7,515 nucleotides of DNA from Octopus sinensis. Lineage: Eukaryota. The position numbers and the translations under genes were made by a program. The stretch is taken from positions 1 to 7,515 of the forward strand of contig NW_021828882.1 of NCBI RefSeq assembly GCF_006345805.1, read 5' to 3'. The notes beneath the pieces are model-generated. The model had not been told where the DNA came from. It saw only the letters and a list, made by a program, of their open reading frames with translations, and searched no databases. Below, one piece after another: positions 1-7,119 of the stretch (positions within the stretch are counted from its first letter, which is position 1; each line of letters starts with the position of its first letter).

Positions 1-163
1 CACTGCCACACATCCTACGCAGAACACTTTCCATACAATAACCATCAGAGCATCACAACAAATCACAGCACATACCCAAGGCACACAGAGCTGTGCTCGG
101 TAGTGAAGTGAAAGCACGCTATAAAAAATAAACTAACTGAATAATAATAATAGTAATAATAAT
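1..163 (+). mobile_element. 3' end of an R4/Dong-like non-LTR retrotransposon (last codons, 3' UTR, (TAA)n tail)
   Basis: Nt 9-41 read HILRRTLSIQ* (stop 39-41). They are preceded by ACTGCC, which is T-A with one extra C, giving the GTAHILR-type C-terminus of R4/Dong ORFs. The same motif appears at 4717-4749 as GTAQILR. About 100 nt of UTR follows, then a TAA-repeat tail at 140-163; Dong elements are known to associate with (TAA)n. Truncated by the window edge. Confidence 0.7.
140..163 (+). repeat. (TAA)n microsatellite, tail or target of the Dong-like element
   Basis: aataataataatagtaataataat read directly. Confidence 0.8.
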
Positions 164-274
164 CTTCATTAGTAAAAAGTAGAAACGAAAATTAAAGTGA
201 CAATAGAATTTCTAGTAATAATTATTATTTAAGCGCATCTCTTTATATTTGATATGACCGGAAGATGTGAAGAT

Positions 275-325
275 GAAGAGAGCGAGAGAGAAAGAGAGAG
301 GGAGAGAAAGAGAGAGAGAGAAGGA
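275..325 (+). repeat. Imperfect (GA)n microsatellite
   Basis: gaagagagcgagagagaaagagagagggagagaaagagagagagagaagg. Confidence 0.85.
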
Positions 326-714
326 AGCCATCTTCTAGAGAACACAAAGTAGTTGCTAGTATGAACTTTAACCCTTTTTTTACTTTCAAATCAGCAAAAT
401 TTCTGACTCTTAAACCGTCATTGAATGTTAAACAATGCGGCAAAAGCCTCTTATATTCTTGCTTTGAAACAGAATAAAGCCGCATAGAATGGTCTCTACT
501 GCAATGTATTGTTATTTCATTCTGCATCTATTTCCTTGCGTTTTTGGTCAAAAGGTGTCTTTCGTCGCTGCTCATAAGAGCAAAGACATCTTCGACGTCA
601 TATTATGTAAAGCGTTTATAATTGTAATTATTTAATTATTTCAGCGTTTCTTACAGTAATTATGTAATATCATGTAATTAATAGACTCCAACTTACAGAA
701 ATGGCCACAGGTCT

Positions 715-942
715 TTATCCTTTCGCCCCGTTTGTGGGAAATATAATATTCTTGAAATTTTGGGGGAGGGCATCAGTCGATTCCATCGGGTCCAGTGCCC
801 CATTTGTATTTATTTTCTCGTTTCAGAAAAATGAAAAGCGAAGTCGAGCTCGGCGGAAATTGACCACAGGTCAAAAGAGTTTAACGAAATGCTGCTAAGC
901 ATTTTGTGTAGCCTGCAAATAATTCAGTCAGCCCATTGCTTT
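715..942 (-). mobile_element. Degenerate near-full-length SINE, family 2
   Basis: The reverse complement aligns by eye to 1581-1715 at roughly 65-70% identity. The core caatttccgccgagctcgacttcgcttttc vs caaatgccgccggggtcgactttgcatttc matches 24/30. It continues into a 3' part (actggacccgatggaatcgact...ccctcccccaaaatttc) missing from the 1581 copy. Confidence 0.7.
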
Positions 943-1420
943 TTGCTGGGATATAATATTGAACACAGTTTGACTAAGGCATAACTCCAAAAGAGGGAAA
1001 TAAATAAAAGTCTACAACTGCTTTACTTCTTATTGAATACAAGTCTCTGGGGTAAAATATAAAGAATTGTTGCTTTTTTTTATATAAAGGACAAAAATAA
1101 TGTCAGTTAAATTCGCGTCTGATATTTTACATGATGTGTGTCTCCTTTTAACGCCACCAGTCTTTCAGTCTGCAGAAAAGGTAACCAGGAGCTCACTGTT
1201 CTTTCATTTCATTACTTAATAAAAACAATCACTTTTCTCTCCATATGATATTGATCTATCGTAGATCAATTATCGCGGTGGAAGGATTCAAACTTAGCAC
1301 TGAATATCAACGAAGCATTCGTTAATTTTACAGTGCTACCGCTCCTTTCGTAGTCATGTTTTTCCTATCTAACTGTTTGTTAGTTTGAGGAATATATCTA
1401 GTTTATTCCATCTATATAGA

Positions 1421-1525
1421 AGTATGGCGAGATGCTTAACAAATTTGTTTCACAACCATGAACTACCGGGTTCGATCCCAATGTGTGGCACATTGGGCTA
1501 TATTCTATAGCTTCGAGTTAACACA
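1421..1525 (+). mobile_element. Old degenerate 5' head of SINE family 1
   Basis: caaccatgaactaccgggttcgatcccaatgtgtggcacattgggc...ctatagcttcgag parallels cagccacatggttccgggttcagtcccactgcgtggcatcttgggc...ctatagccccggg in the 4804 copy. B box GGTTCGATCCC at 1469-1479. Confidence 0.55.
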
Positions 1526-1580
1526 TACCTATAGGTACTCAGGCTGACTTCCAGAAGTTTCTGTAGCATATGGTGCAGTT

Positions 1581-1728
1581 AAGGCAGCGCGCTGGCAGAA
1601 TCGTTACCGTGCTGGAAAAAATGTTCAGTGGTATTTCTTGCGACTTTACGATCGGAGTTCAAATGCCGCCGGGGTCGACTTTGCATTTCGTCCTTTCGAG
1701 GTCGATAAAATAAGTTATTCCCACCAGT
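1581..1728 (+). mobile_element. SINE family 2, 3'-incomplete
   Basis: A-box-like tggcagaatcg (1593-1603) and B-box-like gagttcaaatgcc (1655-1667). Homologous to 715-942 (-) and 2047-2180 (+). Ends near gtcgataaaataagt. Confidence 0.75.
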
Positions 1729-2046
1729 ATAAAATTTAATCTCGGACTGTGCAAGCCATCGTAAAAGTAATCACTTCTGCATTTAATCGCCAATTGCTCA
1801 ATCTAAATGAAGTGTTAGTGACAGAACGCAAGACCCTGACCTTCAATTTGATGATAGATTAGCAAACTTTTATCTTAGTTGACTCTCGGTTAATTTATGC
1901 ATTTAAGAGACATACATTAATAGCGCAATGATTGATTCATAAACATGAGACATAATTATTCACTTATTACTGAACTTGTATATTGGAAAGCTCACGCTAT
2001 TAACCTGATAGATAATTATTTTACTAAATGTGAATGCGGATTATCA

Positions 2047-2180
2047 AAATCGTTAGTGCGTCAGACAAAATGCCTCGTAGTATTTAATTATGACCTTTTA
2101 CTTCTGTGATCAAAATTCCGAGAGAAACTTAGTCTTTGACTTTTATCCTTCCAAGGGTTTGGTCGGTAAATTAAACTAAC
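2047..2180 (+). mobile_element. Highly degenerate SINE family 2 copy
   Basis: The blocks aatcgtta, aaaatg, gtattt, ttac, tcaaaattccg, ctttgacttttatcctt and ggtcggtaaattaa occur in the same order as the corresponding blocks of 1598-1715. Confidence 0.55.
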
Positions 2181-2353
2181 AATCAAGTTCGAAGGTCGAA
2201 AGGAATTTATTATATCATCATTTATATTCTCGGTATTATGCTGGGTCGAGGAGAGGAAAATGAAGAGGCTGTTTAAGGATGCGTCCATATACATAAGCAC
2301 CTAAAACACATTTAGTGACAGCCTTCTGCTAGCTACACGGTTAAGCAATCAAG

Positions 2354-2390
2354 CATACACACATGCATCCACACATATGTATATATATAT
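2354..2390 (+). repeat. Mixed (CA)/(TA) microsatellite
   Basis: catacacacatgcatccacacatatgtatatatatat. Confidence 0.6.
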
Positions 2391-2778
2391 CGGTGGAGGC
2401 GCAATGGCCCAGTGGTTAGGGCAGCGGACTCGCGGTCATAGGATCGCGGTTTCGATTCCCAGACCGGGCGTTGTGAGTGTTTATTGAGCGAAAACACCTA
2501 AAGCTCCACAAGGCTCCGGCAGGGGATGGTGGTGATCCCTGCTGTACTCATTCACCACAACTTTCTTTCACTCTTACTTCCTGTTTCTGTTGTACCTGTA
2601 TTTCAAAGAGCCGGCCTTGTCACTCTCTGTGTCACGCTGAATATCCCCGAGAACTACGTTAAGGGTACACGTGTCTGTGGAGTGCTCAGCCACTTACACG
2701 TTAATTTCACGAGCAGGCTGTTCCGTTGATTCGGATCAACCGGAACCCTCGTCGTCGTAACCGACGGTGTGCTTCCAG
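2391..2778 (+). mobile_element. Full-length tRNA-derived SINE, family 3 (about 390 bp), with candidate 10-bp TSD
   Basis: A box TGGCCCAGTGG (2405-2415), intact D-arm GCCC-AGTGGTTA-GGGC, B box GGTTTCGATTCC (2448-2459), a GC-richer body and 3' stem-loops. Flanked by ATATATATAT at 2381-2390 and 2779-2788. Confidence 0.85.
2405..2459 (+). promoter_or_regulatory. Pol III type 2 internal promoter (A and B boxes) of SINE family 3
   Basis: Good match to TGGCNNAGTGG and a near match to GGTTCGANNCC, at tRNA-like spacing. Confidence 0.6.
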
Positions 2779-3539
2779 ATATATATATTTATTAACCATG
2801 AGGTTGAGAAAAAGAGGGGACGATACGAGGTCAGACAAAACAAACACCGGGGTCAGGGTATCGAATGAGACGAAACGTATGAATAAACAATCAATTAAAA
2901 TATATACAATTAAATGAGAATGAGTGATTTGCAAAAAATGAAGCGGAGGACGTCAGGGAACTCAGCATTCTTCCAATTCCACATTCACAGAAAAGTAATC
3001 CTTCATCATTTCCCCAATTTACAATTTTGTGTCCATTGTTAGGTCATTTCCAACAATCAAAATATTTTGATTCGTTCCATACGGATTCAATGCCCTTTCG
3101 TACATTTCCTGCGAGCTTCACCTTCATTTTTTCCTCAGCTGTATCTAGGTATATCCTTTGGAAGGATTTACTGGAGTGATCAATTTTATGATGATTTCGA
3201 TTGATTTAGTTTCTACGCCTTAAGTAGAATATAATTCTTTCCTCGCCCTGGATATACCGACAACCACTAACAGATAGCATTCACAAAAGATCTAATATCA
3301 ATAATGGTAAGAAGCGGAATGGGTGGAGGAGTGTGGAATAACAATGGAATTGCCGCAAGGCCTTGAAAACGAAGAGAGCAGCGTGTATTGTGAATAAATG
3401 TCCACGCAAAGGAAGTTTTGTTGAAGATTATAATAGAGAAACTAAACAAGATCATAAAGAAGTCATTTTAATTATTAGTGGTGAAGGCAATTGAAATTAA
3501 ATGTGCCGTTGGGTGTTTCTACTTAGGGAGACATCACAT

Positions 3540-4060
3540 CACAAAAACTTACGTTGACAGAAAAGAAATCAGAAAGAAGGAAAAAAAAAAGACAGTTATT
3601 GCAGACAATGGTAATACAGTGATAATAATAACTGCTATTTAGAGCGATGACAGATCGATATCTCGATAAACCAACAAACAAAAATAACAAAAAGCAAAAC
3701 AGATAATACACACACAACAAAGAAGGCAGAAAAAAAACAAACGGTTTTCATAATAATTACTAGCAATTCCAATTTTCGCGGTTGGAACCCAATGTTGGGT
3801 GTTGGATGTGAAAGATGATGTCGGAGGTGGGTGGAGAGGAATTAAATCAATGGCGTTATGTTGTATTGATGACTTTTTCAATTAAAATAAAGAAATCGAG
3901 AGAAAATGAAGGAGATTAAAAAAAAAACCAAGAACAAACAAATAGAATAAAAAATAAATCAAAAGAAAAAAAGAAACAATGCGTGAATGTTGAAGAAAAT
4001 ATTAAGTGATATAGCATAATTGTTCAATAGTTTGGTGACAGGAGAAAAAAAATGGTAAAT
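3540..4060 (+). repeat. A-rich, strand-asymmetric low-complexity region
   Basis: Many A runs and CAAA/GAAA-type units, e.g. 3590-3600, 3671-3740 and 3915-3980. Confidence 0.5.
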
Positions 4061-4205
4061 TTCGTTGAAGGAAGCAACATAATACTATTCAGTGTTGCAC
4101 GGTGAGAAGAATTGGTGAGAAACAAGATAATGGCGATTTCTATTTGGAGGGAAATTTGCATCGCAAACAGTTAAATATGCAAAAGAAACAACAGCAGAAA
4201 TAGTA

Positions 4206-4749
4206 AACCCAACATGTCGTGTATGTAAACAACAGATTGATATCATCGACCATATTGTCTCCATGTGCACCCTCTTGCGTCTTCGGAGCGGTACAGTATA
4301 TTTACTGGGTAAATTTGCAAGGATCAGGACATGTACAATGATTAAAACTGGTGAGAACACAAAACCCCCTCCAGTCCTTGAAAGTGATCATATTTCACTC
4401 CTATGAAACTTTTCTGTTCAAACTGGCAGAAAGATATATGTAAATAGGCCAGACCTTATATTGAAGGATTCCAGACAAAATTCATTCCTCATCAACGATG
4501 TGACAGCCCCAATCAACATAAATGTATCTTTGAAGACTTACCAAAAATAGATCAAGTGTAAAGATCTTAAAATATAAATTGGCAAAATGTGGAAACTAGA
4601 ACAATACCTGTTGTTATAGGTGCCTTAGAAATAATAGCGAAAAGGGTTGATTGTTACCTGTCTCAAATTCCAAGAAATTCAAAAAATTAAGAGATTTAAG
4701 TAATAGTGCTTATGGGAACTGCACAAATCTTACGAAATATACCATGTAA
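4206..4749 (+). pseudogene. Decayed C-terminus of an R4/Dong-clade non-LTR retrotransposon ORF (CCHC zinc knuckle plus restriction-like endonuclease)
   Basis: C-x2-C-x8-H-x4-C knuckle CRVCKQQIDIIDHIVSMC at 4215-4268. Then QYIYW, NW*EHK, PPPVLESDHISLL*NFSVQTGRKIYVNRPDLILKD (NRPD 4443-4454) and LINDVTAP...K*IKCKDLKI*IGKMWKL. After a frameshift: RTIPVVIGAL (4598-4627)...VLMGTAQILR, with ATGTAA ending at 4749. Multiple stops and frameshifts. Confidence 0.85.
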
Positions 4750-4803
4750 TACCAAAAACATTTAAATCTGTAAACATAGCAAAAATATTTTTAAATGTAC
4801 ATA

Positions 4804-5224
4804 GGCGCAGGAGTGGCTCTGTGGTAAGTAGCTTGATAACCAGCCACATGGTTCCGGGTTCAGTCCCACTGCGTGGCATCTTGGGCAAGTGTCTTCTGCT
4901 ATAGCCCCGGGCCGACCAATGCCTTGTGAGTGGATTTGGTAGACGGAAACTGAAAGAAGCCTGTCGTATATATGTATATATATATGTATGTATGTGTATG
5001 TGTTTGTGTGTCTGTGTTTGTACCCCTAGCATTGCTTGACAACCGATGCTGGTGTGTTTACGTTCCCGTCACTTAGCGGTTCGGCAAAAGAGACCGATAG
5101 AATAAGTACTGGGCTTACAAAGAATAAGTCCTGGGGTCGATTCACTCGACTAAAGGCGGTGCTCCAGCATGGCCGCAGTCAAATGACTGAAACATGTAAA
5201 AGAGTAAAAGAGTAAAAAAGAGTA
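4804..5224 (+). mobile_element. Full-length SINE family 1, copy A
   Basis: A-box-like TGGCTCTGTGG (4814-4824), B-box-like GGGTTCAGTCCC (4856-4867), internal (TA)/(TG) tract at 4967-5002, a conserved 3' body and a (TAAAAGAG)n tail. About 95% identical to the reverse complement of 5844-6263 outside the microsatellite. Confidence 0.9.
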
Positions 5225-5418
5225 TAACAGCAAAGATCTTTTACTCTCATCTTGAGGTCACACTATTACTTATCTTCAAACTACTTTCAGAACAAACTTT
5301 TAATTTTCTTAGTTTGGCAGACATTCTCGAGAACGCGAAGCGGTTCAATATTGACGAGGTTGCAGCAGAATGAATTGAAATGACCTAAAAATAACTTCTT
5401 AAGTGTAATAAATAAATA

Positions 5419-5496
5419 AGTAATTATAATCAACGTATATACAAGGTTTCCGGTACCATTCATGGAACCCTTGTGTATACGGTGATTATTATAACT
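5419..5496 (+). other. Imperfect inverted repeat / long hairpin
   Basis: Arms 5426-5451 and 5464-5489 pair at 24 of 26 positions (23 Watson-Crick plus 1 G-U on the + strand), with a 12-nt loop. Five of 7 further positions pair out to 5419/5496. Confidence 0.8.
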
Positions 5497-5750
5497 CATT
5501 TTTCTATTACAATTAAGAATATATTTTTAGATCATTTCAGTTCCTTTTCCTGCAATCTCACCAATATTGAAATTCTATCAGCACTGGGTATATTGATTGA
5601 TTCATCATCAAGCTATATCTGTATTGGTTCTTTGAATATTTTCTAACTTATTCCTATGGTTCGCTAGCAGTTACGGGAATGCCAGTTAATAAATGTGTAT
5701 ATACTGTGTGAATTGAAATCGGAAGCTCACCTCCGTTCGGTTCTTTTTTT

Positions 5751-5843
5751 ATCCTCATCCATCAACCATCAGCCAGGTGTCTTCTTTGTGTCTAGAATTT
5801 GGCTTGCCAAGACATTTCCCTTTTCTCAGTGCTGGTTTAATTG
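5751..5843 (-). mobile_element. Possible extreme 3' end of the RTE element, split off by SINE copy B
   Basis: The minus strand continues in the RTE orientation with weak similarity to RTE ORF ends (act gag aaa agg gaa atg = TEKREM), followed by tgatggttgatggatgaggat, which resembles a short tandem-repeat tail. Weak by-eye similarity only. Confidence 0.3.
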
Positions 5844-6051
5844 CTCTCTTTTACTTGTTTCAGTCATTTGACTGCGGCCATGTTGGAGCACCGCCTTTAG
5901 TCGAGCAACTCGACCCGGGACTTATTCTTTGTAAGCCCAGTACTTATTCTATCGGTCTCTCTTGCCGAACCGCTTAGTGACGGGGACGTAAACACACCAG
6001 CATCGGTTGTCAAGCAATGCTAGGGGGACAAACACAGACACACAAACTCAT

Positions 6052-6086
<35 letters not shown>

Positions 6087-6263
6087 ATATATATATATAT
6101 ACGACAGGCTTCTTTCAGTTTTCGTCTACCAAATCCACTCACAAGGCATTGGTCGGCCCGGGGCTATAGCAGAAGATACTTGCCCAAGATGCCACGCAGT
6201 GGGACTGAACCCGGAACCATGTGGTTGGTTAGCAAGCTACTTACCACACAGCCACTCCTGCGC
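5844..6263 (-). mobile_element. Full-length SINE family 1, copy B (inverted relative to copy A)
   Basis: The reverse complement matches 4804-5204 throughout, with about 17 differences plus a longer internal microsatellite (6048-6101). Confidence 0.9.
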
Positions 6264-6289
6264 ATATTGTATACAATCAACTAGGCAGA

Positions 6290-6760
6290 TCTTATTCTCA
6301 GTCTCAGTTCTTTAATGTCGTCAGTTCACAAACGCCTTTCCATCCTTATACTGTCCTCCTCTTCGCACTTGCTGTCAGGACGGTCTTGAGCAGAAACTTG
6401 TGCTGCACTGTATGTCCTAAATATGATAGCATTGTAGACTTGATTCTCAAGAATAGCTGTTTTTAGACTTTCACCTTTTCTTGAACTGCAGTATGTGTTA
6501 CCCTCTTATCCTCTTATACAGCTTATCCTGCCTAATCTGGGCAAGATCTAGGTTCCAAAGGCTTCTGTCTATTTCCCCATCGCTCAGTACATTGACCAAA
6601 TTTCTGTCCTGTGGAGGACAGTTGACATTAAACAACAGTTTAATAGCATCAATGTTAGTTGCATTGTTATATCTTTTGAGGTGAAGATCTTTCTCCTTCA
6701 TGTAAATTTTGCTTTAGCTTCATTTATTCTTAAACTATGCATATTACACCGTGTTAATTT
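6290..6760 (-). pseudogene. Decayed RT C-terminal region of an RTE-clade LINE (5'-truncated)
   Basis: From 6730 the minus strand reads RINEAKAKFT*RRKIFTSKDITMQLTLMLLNCCLMSTVLHRTEIWSMY*AMGK*TEAFGT*ILPRLGRISC. After a frameshift: EDKRVTHTAVQEKVKV*KQLFLRIKSTMLSYLGHTVQHKFLLKTVL (YLGH 6423-6412), then *TDDIKEL (6328-6305). This follows the RTE motif order RI..AK..F / E.W / EAFE.W..RR.LRISW / Y.GH..R...L.K..L / W.D.IKE. Confidence 0.8.
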
Positions 6761-6994
6761 ATCAATTGTCAAATGATTTATCGGGCAAAAGCAAGCATCA
6801 TCGGTTCATAAAAAGGAATTGATCCCTTGAAAAGTACATCCCTAAATGACAAATATCGGCAACCGTAAAAGATTCCAATCCAGTCATTAGCACAAAGTTA
6901 TCAAACTATGCTCCACTACGTTTGTCTCTACCCTTATGTAATGGAGTGTCTGAGAAAAATATTTGGAGGATGTAGGGTACTTATAACATCTGCA

Positions 6995-7119
6995 CTCTCT
7001 TTTACTCTCTTTTACTTGTTTCAGTCATTTGACTTTGGCCATGCTGGAGCACACGCCTTTAGTCGAACAAATCGACCCCAGGACTTATTCTTTCTAAGCC
7101 TAGTACTTATTCTATCGGT
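6995..7119 (-). mobile_element. 5'-truncated 3' fragment of SINE family 1, copy C
   Basis: Direct match to 5844-5957 (cttttacttgtttcagtcatttgact...tacttattctatcggt), with a (TAAAAGAG)-type tail on the minus strand. Confidence 0.85.

Noticed and set aside
243-527. 94-aa minus-strand ORF
   Set aside because: Its C-terminal third is the (GA)n microsatellite read as LSLS. No recognisable domain or convincing splice signals.
701-898. 65-aa ORF, and a strong-looking acceptor at 825-826
   Set aside because: Both lie within the antisense family 2 SINE. The only nearby donor (GTCAAA) is weak.
2395-2470. Possible tRNA gene
   Set aside because: The D-arm and boxes are present, but the anticodon and acceptor stems do not pair, and the sequence continues as a SINE body.
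2824-2842. TACGAGGTCAGACAAAAC, resembling a mariner TIR start
   Set aside because: No matching inverted copy or transposase remnant found in the window.
2477-2934. Four overlapping ORFs of 61-75 aa
   Set aside because: All overlap SINE family 3, are open on both strands, and show no protein-family features.
3267-3881. Hydrophobic minus-strand ORFs that look like membrane or signal peptides
   Set aside because: The F/L/C richness is an artefact of the A-rich plus strand.
4085-4360. 91-aa minus-strand ORF
   Set aside because: Largely antisense to the Dong pseudogene; the real homology is on the + strand.
4730-5032. 100-aa minus-strand ORF, plus ORFs 5777-5977 and 6908-7135
   Set aside because: They are translations of SINE family 1 sequence and its microsatellite. 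The similarity between their peptides reflects the repeat.
5099-5135. Short direct repeats suggestive of a CRISPR-like array
   Set aside because: Only two 15-nt units inside a SINE, in a eukaryotic context, with no spacer array.
5287-5499. 70-aa minus-strand ORF in the spacer
   Set aside because: Short and AT-rich with no homology recognised; it overlaps the hairpin.
6481-6701. ORFs 6481-6684 (+) and 6498-6701 (-)
   Set aside because: Off-frame or antisense to the decayed RTE frame, which explains the region.
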